Source of the DNA: Candidatus Iainarchaeum sp.
GTDB lineage: Archaea > Iainarchaeota > Iainarchaeia > Iainarchaeales > VGJJ01
NCBI GenBank assembly: GCA_030688545.1
Contig: JAUYHT010000008.1
Location: 1 to 32,000 of the forward strand
DNA: 32,000 nucleotides
Direction of reading: 5' to 3'
The notes beneath the pieces are model-generated. The model had not been told where the DNA came from. It saw only the letters and a program-made list of their open reading frames with translations, and did no database searches. This document shows positions 8,830 to 16,443 of the stretch, one piece after another; the stretch's first letter is position 1, and each line of letters starts with the position of its first letter. The position numbers were made by a program, and so were the translations under genes.

Positions 8830-9339
8830 ATGGTTTTACTCGCTTCTTATCGTTCGCCAAAAGTACGAGTTTTAAATTCAAGTAACATTGATAAAAAGGG
8901 TATTTTTGCAATTGCGAACATTTCAGAAGGGGAAACTGTTTTTGTAAAAGCTGGACATATCGTTGATAATCAAACAGCTAAAGAATTAGAAAATAAGTTA
9001 GGAGAATACTGTCTTCAAATATCTGATAATCTAAATCTTTGCCCAACCACAAAAAAGGAAGTAAAAGAAACTGCTATCTTTGTCAACCATTCATGCGACC
9101 CCAACATTGGACCACGCGGACAAATTGTTTTCATTGCCATACGCAACATTAAAGCCGGTGAAGAACTGTGCTATGACTACGCCATGACAACAGCACGACA
9201 ATACAATCTGAAATGCGAATGTGGAACACGAGTATGTAGAAAAAAGATAACTGGAGAGGATTGGAAAATTAAATCACTCCAAAAAAGATACAAAAATCAT
9301 TTTTCAGACTTTATTCTTCAAAAAATAAAAAAGCAATAA
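8830..9339 (+). CDS. SET-domain protein lysine methyltransferase with post-SET Cys cluster
   Basis: NHSCDPN, GEELCYDY and post-SET CECGTRVCRKKI motifs. The first in-frame ATG is at 8830; the track ORF begins at a TTG at 8743, inside repeat A. Confidence 0.8.
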   Translation: MVLLASYRSPKVRVLNSSNIDKKGIFAIANISEGETVFVKAGHIVDNQTAKELENKLGEYCLQISDNLNLCPTTKKEVKETAIFVNHSCDPNIGPRGQIVFIAIRNIKAGEELCYDYAMTTARQYNLKCECGTRVCRKKITGEDWKIKSLQKRYKNHFSDFILQKIKKQ

Positions 9340-9354
9340 ACTAACGACTCACCA

Positions 9355-9465
9355 AAAAGAGTTAAATACTTTGAATAACACTTTACTTAAGTCCAGAAAG
9401 CACCGCGCTTCAACGCGGAGTTATAGGAACGGCCCCCGCATAAAGCTCTATGTTGAAACACGGTG
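9355..9465 (+). repeat. Structured intergenic repeat, copy B (more diverged; hairpin at 9401-9465)
   Basis: Shares aaaagag..ttaaat..cttt, gtccagaaa, cttcaac, ggcccccgc and gttgaaac with copies A and C. Hairpin arms are caccgcgcttcaac and gttgaaacacggtg. Confidence 0.7.
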
Positions 9466-9469
9466 GAAA

Positions 9470-10168
9470 TCATTCGAACGCTGGAAGAGAAGATAAGGGT
9501 CGGGAAGTATCCCCATAGTAATCTTCCCAATTGATCATGGCTTGCTTTAGGGTGTCCTTATTTTGCATCTCAGGAGGGATTACCAATTCAAAAGAGGCAG
9601 TGAATGGGATGTCAACTGTTTTTGAATAACTACATTCTTTTGCTGGATATTTTGTTGCGCATGAGGGTTTTTTTAGGAGATAAAAAATTTTAGTTACACG
9701 AGCTGAAAAATTTCCACTCACTACTCCATTTGAATAGTCTGAAAAAGAAATACTATTTGAAGCGAGCGTATTGGAAGAATTGGTTCGATCAATGGTGATC
9801 CGCGTTTGTGCAAAATAATCCCCATCCTTAAAAGTGGGTAATTCAATAATCAAATCCGCTACATTCAGGGATTGGTTAATTTGCTTAACTGAAAATGGGA
9901 ACATTTCTTGTGGATTCAGAATAAATGTCAAACCGCCCTTATTTTCTCCATCCGCATAGGAATAGTTTAACACCAATGTTTCATCTATTGCATTAAATGT
10001 AAAATTCGGGGCAGTATTTTGTGGAGTAAAAGAAAAATGAATTTCATTATTTGAAGGAATAGTGTTGAACAAAGAAACCGCTATACTCACTACCACAATG
10101 AACAAAACTAATGCCCCCATTTCGAAAATTCTGTTAGACACCATACTATTCTTTGGGGATAATCTCAT
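9470..10168 (-). CDS. Hypothetical N-terminally anchored or secreted protein (232 aa)
   Basis: N-terminal hydrophobic anchor GALVLFIVVVSIAVSLF followed by an N/S/T-rich ectodomain. TTTAAATA box (minus strand, 10190-10197) lies ~26 nt upstream of the ATG. Confidence 0.6.
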   Translation of the reverse strand: MRLSPKNSMVSNRIFEMGALVLFIVVVSIAVSLFNTIPSNNEIHFSFTPQNTAPNFTFNAIDETLVLNYSYADGENKGGLTFILNPQEMFPFSVKQINQSLNVADLIIELPTFKDGDYFAQTRITIDRTNSSNTLASNSISFSDYSNGVVSGNFSARVTKIFYLLKKPSCATKYPAKECSYSKTVDIPFTASFELVIPPEMQNKDTLKQAMINWEDYYGDTSRPLSSLPAFE

Positions 10169-10228
10169 GATTTTTGAACAATATGAAACTATTTAAAGGT
10201 TGGTTACGGCCGATAACAAGATGCAAAT

Positions 10229-10340
10229 AGAGGCAGTATTAAATCTTTAGCCAAAATAAAAATCTATACAAAAGTCCAGAAAAAAAACGCTCTTCAACAC
10301 GAAGTTGCAGGAAAGGCCCCCGCTTGTTTTACTATTGAAT
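10229..10340 (+). repeat. Structured intergenic repeat, copy C (5' module intact, 3' hairpin arm degraded)
   Basis: Near-identical to copy A through ggcccccgctt. The 3' box reads attgaat instead of gttgaaa, and outer pairing is weak. Confidence 0.75.
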
Positions 10341-10404
10341 GTCGACAATGCCCAAAACCCTGAGAAATTTAGTCAAGGTCGGATTCCAGGCCCTTTCAAA
10401 AGGG

Positions 10405-10530
10405 CTACGGCGTCGTGCTAAATGTATACAAGAATAGAACTAGATTAAAATAAGCCCAAACATAAGCGATTGCAACGCCAAAAATGCCAATTTGAACGAC
10501 TTGCAACAGAATCCTTTTGACACGGTTCAT
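10405..10530 (-). CDS. Possible 41-aa single-TM micro-protein (below the ORF-track cutoff)
   Basis: My translation: MNRVKRILLQVVQIGIFGVAIAYVWAYFNLVLFLYTFSTTP*. The stop codon overlaps a 6-bp hairpin, gccctt-tcaa-aagggc (10390-10405). No other support. Confidence 0.25.
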   Translation of the reverse strand: MNRVKRILLQVVQIGIFGVAIAYVWAYFNLVLFLYTFSTTP

Positions 10531-10744
10531 AGATATTTCTCCAATTGCTCCAAACTCTTTTCCACGGATACTTACTTGAAATCATTTAAGAAAAGCGATA
10601 AATCTGTGTGCTTATCTACCAGTTCTTTTGCCAATTTTTCATCCCGATTGTTTGGAATAAACCACTCATTTTATCAAATTATAATCCTTGTGGTGCAACA
10701 GACTATTTGCTATCCCAACGCTTGCAGGCAATGATTCTTTCTTT

Positions 10745-11143
10745 TCATACATTCACCTTGTACACTTTTGGAAGGGTGCCAAAGTCCGAGTCGGCCGTTA
10801 CTAATGCGGCATCGGACGCGAGTGCGGATTGGTAAATTATACTATCCACGGTACTCAATTTGTTTTTTACACACCATGTCACGGAATCAACCGCAATATC
10901 CTCATCCACCATCACTACAGCGCTATTTTCCCGCATAAAACGCATGGCTTCCCTGACGAAAGATGGGTTATTCAGTCTTCGGCTTAAAATTTTGGCTACT
11001 TCATGAAACGAAAGGGTGGATGTGAATATTTTTCCTTCTGGCGAATCGACTAATTGTCCTATCTTCTCCTGGGACTGGAGGAAGTAATCCAACCAGATAT
11101 TAGAGTCGAAAAACAATCGATTATCGGTCGCGGTCACGTTCAA
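10745..11143 (-). CDS. vapC: PIN-domain ribonuclease toxin VapC
   Basis: Acidic PIN residues in the expected order: FFDSNIW, FHEVAKIL, TVDSIIYQSA, TADSDF. Overlaps the upstream antitoxin gene by 23 nt. Confidence 0.8.
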   Translation of the reverse strand: MNVTATDNRLFFDSNIWLDYFLQSQEKIGQLVDSPEGKIFTSTLSFHEVAKILSRRLNNPSFVREAMRFMRENSAVVMVDEDIAVDSVTWCVKNKLSTVDSIIYQSALASDAALVTADSDFGTLPKVYKVNV

Positions 11144-11339
11144 CCCTCAGCTCTTTCAGTATTTCCTTCATTGAAATAGGGTTTTCCGCATCCTCAAATG
11201 CCCCATGCATGGATTTTCCCTTCTTCTGAATCAGCTTGTTGATTACCTGGTCATAGGTTTTCACGTGGTACGCCCCCTTGAGTGAGTCAAGGAACTTTTT
11301 GGTTTTCTGCTGGATTTGGATCGTTGTGGTTCCATCCAT
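11121..11339 (-). CDS. vapB: VapB-type antitoxin (putative RHH/CopG-like)
   Basis: 72 aa. N-terminus TTIQIQQKTKKFLDSLK resembles an RHH beta-strand plus helix; acidic/basic C-terminus. Overlapping position directly upstream of vapC. Confidence 0.65.
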   Translation of the reverse strand: MDGTTTIQIQQKTKKFLDSLKGAYHVKTYDQVINKLIQKKGKSMHGAFEDAENPISMKEILKELRVERDRDR

Positions 11340-11354
11340 GAAACACCACCCATG

Positions 11355-11370
11355 ACTATAGCACTATAGT
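11355..11370 (-). promoter_or_regulatory. Candidate vapBC operator/promoter: tandem ACTATAG repeats next to an AT-rich box
   Basis: actatag-c-actatag-t starts 16 nt upstream of the vapB start codon. Each unit contains the palindrome ctatag. It adjoins tatttaataat. Confidence 0.3.
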
Positions 11371-11433
11371 ATTTAATAATTGTGATGGTAAACCGCCGAG
11401 GAAGAAAGAAAAAGAACATCCCGTGCCTATTTT

Positions 11434-12081
11434 GTGCGCTCCTTTGTCCCGATCGGCTATATAAAGAATGAAAAGCACATACTGCTTGTGAAGCCTTCCA
11501 GATTATTTACCGCCATAGGGAAACTTAACACCCTCAAGCATCGCCAGCGCAGAGGATGGGTTGTCCGTGGGGTAAAAGGGGCCGAAAGCGTGGCCGATCA
11601 TGCGTGGCGGAGCGCGGTCATCGCCCACCTCATCGCGCCCAAGGGATACGATCGCCAAAAAATGCTCCTCATGGCGCTCCTGCACGATACGTCCGATATT
11701 TATGGCCCTCATTATATCCCCACAGATTATATTACTAAGGAAAATAAGTTTTCGCAGGAACGCAAGAGTATGAAACGATTTGTCCAGCTCCTCCCTGGAA
11801 ACGAAGGGGAAAAGTGGCTTGGGCTGTGGGAAGAGATGGAGAACCAATCCTCCAAGGAAGCCAAATTAGTGAAGGACGCGGAGATATTGGACATGCTCTT
11901 CCAGGCGTTGGAATACCAGAAAGCAGGGAATTTCAAGAAGGACCTGACAGAGTTCTGGGCGCGAGACATTAAACGATTGACTACTCCCCCTGGAAAGAAA
12001 TTAGGTTTGGAAATCAGTCGGCAGTGGCCCAAGGCGGCGAAGAAAAGGTTTGATGCCAAAAAATACACGTACCATTATTGA
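11434..12081 (+). CDS. HD-domain phosphohydrolase (YfbR/HDDC2-like 5'-deoxynucleotidase family)
   Basis: RRGWVVRGVKGAESVADHAWRSAVIAH plus LLHDTSDIY (HD signature). The start is uncertain. A TATATAAA box at 11458-11465 lies ~27 nt before an in-frame GTG at 11488, so a leaderless start there is plausible. Confidence 0.75.
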   Translation: MRSFVPIGYIKNEKHILLVKPSRLFTAIGKLNTLKHRQRRGWVVRGVKGAESVADHAWRSAVIAHLIAPKGYDRQKMLLMALLHDTSDIYGPHYIPTDYITKENKFSQERKSMKRFVQLLPGNEGEKWLGLWEEMENQSSKEAKLVKDAEILDMLFQALEYQKAGNFKKDLTEFWARDIKRLTTPPGKKLGLEISRQWPKAAKKRFDAKKYTYHY

Positions 12082-12162
12082 TTATTAATATTTTTGATGG
12101 GTGTTTTTTACTGATTGGCTTTTTGCTACTGCTGAATGTTAACCCACATAATCTCCTTCTTA

Positions 12163-13257
12163 CTATTTTTTCAGGAACTTTTCCAAATACCACCAGAACA
12201 GAATCTTGTACGCCAGCAGGGACGCATGAACCTCGATGAGGGGCGAAAGGACATTTTTACTATTGTATTTCCCGGATGGTTTACGGAGCAAGGGGGCAAT
12301 TTCGGTGATGTCAAATCCCACGAGAATTGATTTTTGTGTCTTGCATTGCTGGAGGATGGCAAACAAAACCTCCTGCAAACTTTCCATGCGCAAACCAAGA
12401 GGGAGGGGAGTCCCCGTGCCGGGAACGAGGGGGGGATCCAGGACATCCATGTCCAGGGAGATATACACGTATTTGGTTTTGATACTTGAGAGGATCATCC
12501 CCATTTGGGACGGGGAAATGAGGCCATTCATGATCATGTTGGACGGGGAGAATAGTCCTTTTTTCGGGGCATACGTCGTGTAAAAGGCCAATGGCTGGGT
12601 GGCGCAGAAGAAAATGGTTGATTCCCATTTGTTCTCACGGATGAAATCCGCCTCCTCCGAAGAAATGTGGTCGCGAATACCAATGTGGACCATGGGAAAT
12701 CCTTTCTTGCGCGCATTATGCATCACGGAGGCATGGGAATATTCCTGCGCGTCATAGGCTTCCCGCATATCCAGGTGGGCATCGAAATGGATGATGGTCA
12801 CATTTTCAGCGCCATGCACCTCATCCAGGGCGTTCAGAACTCCATTAGTGATGGAATGGTCGCCCCCTATTACCATGAGGAGCTTCTCGTCTTTCAAAAT
12901 CTTTTTGGATATCGTTTGAACACGTTTTACCATTTCCTGGGTTATTTTTTTGATCTCCAGCCACGCCCGTTTCTTCTTGATGGCCTTGGATACGTCGCGC
13001 GGACATTCAATGATACCCGCATGATGCACTTTCACTTTTTCAGAGAAATCCGTATGAAAATAAGGGACTTCCGTCTCAATCTGGAAGGACGCATCCAGGA
13101 AAGCCTGGGGGCCCAACCAGGCTCCTTTCCCATACGTGCACGTGATATCGCACGCGACCCCCACCATCACCACCTGGGCGTCCGAATAGGTAAAATTGGA
13201 ATTGAAGTTAGCAAATGTCTTGGATGGCAACCGCTTGAGAGAGGGAGATGGAATCAT
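12163..13257 (-). CDS. speB: Agmatinase / ureohydrolase family protein
   Basis: Mn-binding motifs VIGGDHSITNG, IIHFDAHLDMRE and SLDMDVLDP. The track ORF extends to 13479 but that part overlaps the upstream gene. ATG at 13257 (MIPSPSLKRL) lies 4 nt after the upstream stop. Confidence 0.8.
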   Translation of the reverse strand: MIPSPSLKRLPSKTFANFNSNFTYSDAQVVMVGVACDITCTYGKGAWLGPQAFLDASFQIETEVPYFHTDFSEKVKVHHAGIIECPRDVSKAIKKKRAWLEIKKITQEMVKRVQTISKKILKDEKLLMVIGGDHSITNGVLNALDEVHGAENVTIIHFDAHLDMREAYDAQEYSHASVMHNARKKGFPMVHIGIRDHISSEEADFIRENKWESTIFFCATQPLAFYTTYAPKKGLFSPSNMIMNGLISPSQMGMILSSIKTKYVYISLDMDVLDPPLVPGTGTPLPLGLRMESLQEVLFAILQQCKTQKSILVGFDITEIAPLLRKPSGKYNSKNVLSPLIEVHASLLAYKILFWWYLEKFLKK

Positions 13258-13261
13258 ATCA

Positions 13262-14473
13262 TTACCGCCCCATCCACGCGTTCTTAATAAGCCCGCCCGC
13301 CGACACGGGCCTACTCTCCTTTTCAGATGGGAAAAATAAGTGGGATAGGTCCTGCGACAAAGCGGGTTGGGTGTCCGCTCGGCAAAGCAGTCTTTTCCAG
13401 ATAGGTTTGATGTGCATGAGAGCGCGCGCTCCTTCGGGAGAAGGATGGCGTTGAAGATGGGTCTGAAGACGATGATCATAGGCGGATAAAGATGCCCGAG
13501 AAAAATCCGCGCGGGAATAAGCTTCCCAAATGGTTTCCCCCGCCATCCAACTGGAGGTTAATGCATCCCCTATTCCCATCCCTGAGAATGAATGGGCGAC
13601 CCCCGCCGCATCCCCAATGAGAAGGGCCCGGTTGAACACCCGTGGACGAGAACTCCCACGCAGGGGAATAACCTGTTCCTCCCAACCAGAAGAAAGGGAG
13701 TTGGGGGAGGAAGGGTGGGTCCATTCAAATGTACTCATCCATTTCTCCATCCATTCCACCAGATCCACGCGGTGGCGATCCATCCAGACAGGTGAAACGC
13801 AGGCGCCCACCGACACCTGGCCTTTTTCCAGGGGAACCATCCAAGTATAACCAGGACCTAATTCCTCATGGAAATGGATGTCTCCTTGTTTCGATTCAGT
13901 TGGGGAAGATGAAACAATTTTTTGCACCCCCATCATGGTGTGCCAGGCTGGATTTTCGAGCCCCCCTAATGACCGCGCCACTTCTGAAAAAGCCCCATCG
14001 GCCCCCACGACCATATCGCACGTCACGGTGCGGACTTGTCTCGTGGAAAGATCGGCGAGGCGCACCTCCACTTTATCTTGGAGAACATTCACCCCGGTGA
14101 CCTGCACCGATTCCCTGAATTCACACCCTTTGGTGGCATGTTCGAAAAGGATGTTATCCACCTGCTTCCGTGGGACGGAAGCCATGGCCAAATGAGGCGT
14201 AGTCGGCCGGTGGGCCGATTCCCATTCCTTCCCTTCATGGAAGAATGCCAACCCCTCTAACGAGTGGGCTCCCTTTTCAACCACTTTATCCCACACTCCC
14301 AATCGGGATAGCACATCCATGGCCTCCGGTAAAAGAAGGGCTGCTTTCCCCGTATCGCGGGGAAAAATGGATTTGTCCACGAGGAGCACGCGCAAACCCT
14401 TATCCCCTAGAAGGCGGGCACACGCACTCCCGGATGGTCCGGCTCCGCTCACCACTACATCATAGTCCTGCAT
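13262..14473 (-). CDS. FAD-dependent oxidoreductase, geranylgeranyl reductase family
   Basis: Rossmann motif YDVVVSGAGPSGSACARLLGDKGLRVLLVDK and downstream LIGDAAG. ATG at 14473 (MQDYDVVV) is preceded ~27 nt upstream by TTTATACA on the coding strand. Confidence 0.7.
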   Translation of the reverse strand: MQDYDVVVSGAGPSGSACARLLGDKGLRVLLVDKSIFPRDTGKAALLLPEAMDVLSRLGVWDKVVEKGAHSLEGLAFFHEGKEWESAHRPTTPHLAMASVPRKQVDNILFEHATKGCEFRESVQVTGVNVLQDKVEVRLADLSTRQVRTVTCDMVVGADGAFSEVARSLGGLENPAWHTMMGVQKIVSSSPTESKQGDIHFHEELGPGYTWMVPLEKGQVSVGACVSPVWMDRHRVDLVEWMEKWMSTFEWTHPSSPNSLSSGWEEQVIPLRGSSRPRVFNRALLIGDAAGVAHSFSGMGIGDALTSSWMAGETIWEAYSRADFSRASLSAYDHRLQTHLQRHPSPEGARALMHIKPIWKRLLCRADTQPALSQDLSHLFFPSEKESRPVSAGGLIKNAWMGR

Positions 14474-14594
14474 ATACCCCTCGACTCCCGAAAAGATGTA
14501 TAAAGGCAATGTGAGGGGACGAATGAAACTAGGCCCGGGGGAAATGGTTTATAAGCATTCTTCAGGGGGTTTGATTTAGAAATAGGTGATTCTC

Positions 14595-15317
14595 ATGGGA
14601 TTACGACCAGCCCACTGCTATCGTGGCACCGACAAACCCGCCTATACGCGGATCGCCATCAAGGTGCACCACAAAAACTTCATAGGAACCAACCCGGGGC
14701 TCCGTACGCGTCAATTCAACATGGGGAACCCCACCAAACCCTACTCCCATATCGTGGATTGGGTGGTGCAGGAACCCCATGTCCAGGTTCGTGACAACGC
14801 CATCGAAGCGGTGCGCATGGGATTCAACCGCCAGCTCGTGCACAAAATAGGGAAAGACAACTTCTTCATCCGAGTGAGGGTATACCCATTCCAAATTCTC
14901 CGGGAAAACAAGATCGCCCAAGGCGCCGGGGCGGACCGCGTGTCCTCGGGAATGAAACACTCTTTCGGAAAGCCCATCGGACGCGCCGTGCGCCTGCGGA
15001 AAAACCAGAAAGTGTTGAGTGTTCTTTGCGACGGCAGCCATGTGACGGTTGTAACCACGGCCCTTAATCGCGCGGCCACCAAATTCAACTGCAAGATGCT
15101 CCCCATCGTCCACCAAGACGTGACATCCATCGGCAACCTCCCCAAAAAGACGCGGGAAGAAAAGATCGAAGCCACCGTCACCACCCCTGTTGAGGGGGAA
15201 GTGGCGGCCGCGACCCCGGAAGTCGCCTCCAAGACGGGCGGGAAAGCCCCCGTCAAGGGTGTCGAGAAGAAGGATGCTGGGAAGAAGGGCGCGAAGAAAG
15301 ATGCCAAGAAGAAATAA
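14595..15317 (+). CDS. rpl10e: 50S ribosomal protein uL16 (L10e) with Lys-rich C-terminal extension
   Basis: RPAHCYRGTDKPAYTR...QFNMGN is the L10e N-terminal signature. GGTGAT Shine-Dalgarno sequence upstream of the ATG at 14595. The tail ends KKDAGKKGAKKDAKKK. Confidence 0.85.
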   Translation: MGLRPAHCYRGTDKPAYTRIAIKVHHKNFIGTNPGLRTRQFNMGNPTKPYSHIVDWVVQEPHVQVRDNAIEAVRMGFNRQLVHKIGKDNFFIRVRVYPFQILRENKIAQGAGADRVSSGMKHSFGKPIGRAVRLRKNQKVLSVLCDGSHVTVVTTALNRAATKFNCKMLPIVHQDVTSIGNLPKKTREEKIEATVTTPVEGEVAAATPEVASKTGGKAPVKGVEKKDAGKKGAKKDAKKK

Positions 15318-15368
15318 GGCGCATCATTTTCTTCTATTGCCAATCCACCCATTAGAACGCGTATCCCT

Positions 15369-16385
15369 ATGGACCATTCCCTGCACCTGGATGAGTTGCT
15401 CGCCGACGTGACGCAGCGCCAACCCCGGATGGTGCTGCTCCAGATCCCCGAAGGACTGAAGTCGAATGTCATTGATATCGAATCGGCGTTCGCCTCCAAA
15501 AACATCCCCACCATCACGGTGCTGGACCCGAGCTTCGGGGCATGCGACATCGCGGATCACAAAGCCAAGCTATTGGGGTGCGATTTGTTGGTGCATTTCG
15601 GCCACAGTAAAATGCTCCACGCGGGGATGGATGTCATCTATTGGCCAGTGGAATATCCCTTGGAAGAGGGGATGATCCAGGGGTGCGTGAATGCATTAGG
15701 TAAAGATCCATTTTGGTCGACACGCAGGAGGATAGGGATATATGTCACCATCCAATTCCATCGCCATCTTCCTGCCATTAGAAAGGGATTGGAGGACGCA
15801 GGATATATAGTTTTTGTTGGGCAAGGGGACTTGAAAGACGGTCAGGTTTTAGGATGCGATGTGTCCGCCCGGAGGGAAATAGAAGATAAAATCGACGCCA
15901 ACATCTATTTTGGGGATGGATATTTCCATGCGCTCGCTATCGCCTTTTCTTCCAAAAAACCCACGTATCTTTACAATCCATTCACGCGCACGCTTGAAGA
16001 TCTCCAATCCCACAAGGAAAAATACCTGCGCCAACGCTTTGGGTTACTGGCGCAAGCCCGGGACGCGCAGACGTTTGCCATTATTCTCTGCACCAAACGG
16101 GGGCAATTGCGAAAAGCCCTGGCGTTGAAGATGCAACAGATGCTCGCCGAAGCCGGAAAAAAAGGCGTGCTCGTGAGCATGGAGCACGTGAGCCCGGATT
16201 CATTATTGGGAATAAAGGTGGATGCCTATGTGAACACGAGCTGCTCCCGCATCGCCACGGACGATTTCCAATCCTATGCCAAACCCATGCTCACCCCCAT
16301 CGAAGTGGAAATATTGCTCGGGAAGCGGAAGCCCGAGGACTATGTGTTTGATGAAATACGGCATCTGGGGACCAAGGTGGCGTGA
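15369..16385 (+). CDS. dph2: Diphthamide biosynthesis protein Dph2 (2-(3-amino-3-carboxypropyl)histidine synthase)
   Basis: VLLQIPEGLK N-terminal signature. Size (338 aa) is typical of archaeal Dph2. Three spaced Cys residues (ACDI, GCDV, SCSR) are compatible with a 4Fe-4S site. Confidence 0.8.
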   Translation: MDHSLHLDELLADVTQRQPRMVLLQIPEGLKSNVIDIESAFASKNIPTITVLDPSFGACDIADHKAKLLGCDLLVHFGHSKMLHAGMDVIYWPVEYPLEEGMIQGCVNALGKDPFWSTRRRIGIYVTIQFHRHLPAIRKGLEDAGYIVFVGQGDLKDGQVLGCDVSARREIEDKIDANIYFGDGYFHALAIAFSSKKPTYLYNPFTRTLEDLQSHKEKYLRQRFGLLAQARDAQTFAIILCTKRGQLRKALALKMQQMLAEAGKKGVLVSMEHVSPDSLLGIKVDAYVNTSCSRIATDDFQSYAKPMLTPIEVEILLGKRKPEDYVFDEIRHLGTKVA

Positions 16386-16443
16386 ACCCCCAAAGCGGGC
16401 TATTGTACAAAAGTATAAATACCCCATTCGCGTCGCATCTTCC

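Noticed and set aside
8634-10340. Whether the three repeats are a CRISPR array
   Set aside because: The repeats are ~100+ nt, only ~85-90% identical, and separated by 600-800 nt that contain complete protein-coding genes. No cas genes are present. This is not CRISPR architecture.
10492-10835. 80-aa and 75-aa plus-strand ORFs between repeat C and vapC
   Set aside because: One begins at a TTG codon (10492) and the other, although ATG-initiated (10608), runs into vapC antisense. Both have odd composition and no motifs. The region 10531-10744 may be non-coding or decayed.
12667-13287. 206-aa plus-strand ORF, and other 60-115-aa ORFs, overlapping the agmatinase gene
   Set aside because: The opposite strand encodes all three ureohydrolase metal-binding motifs in order, and the antisense products have no recognisable features.
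13258-13479. N-terminal 74-aa extension of the agmatinase ORF as listed in the ORF track
   Set aside because: It overlaps the 3' end of the GGR-family gene in another frame and is Arg/Cys/Pro-rich. The conserved agmatinase sequence begins after the ATG at 13257, which lies 4 nt from the upstream stop.
14601-15550. 171-aa and 269-aa minus-strand ORFs antisense to rpl10e, reaching into dph2
   Set aside because: They overlap two genes with unmistakable conserved signatures. There are no start signals and no recognisable motifs. These are typical long shadow ORFs in ~55% GC DNA.
16276-16443. N-terminal extension of the 268-aa ORF overlapping the end of dph2
   Set aside because: A TATAAATA box at 16414-16421 lies inside it, ~26 nt before the ATG at 16444. 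The extension is a Pro/Trp/Cys-rich out-of-frame read of dph2.
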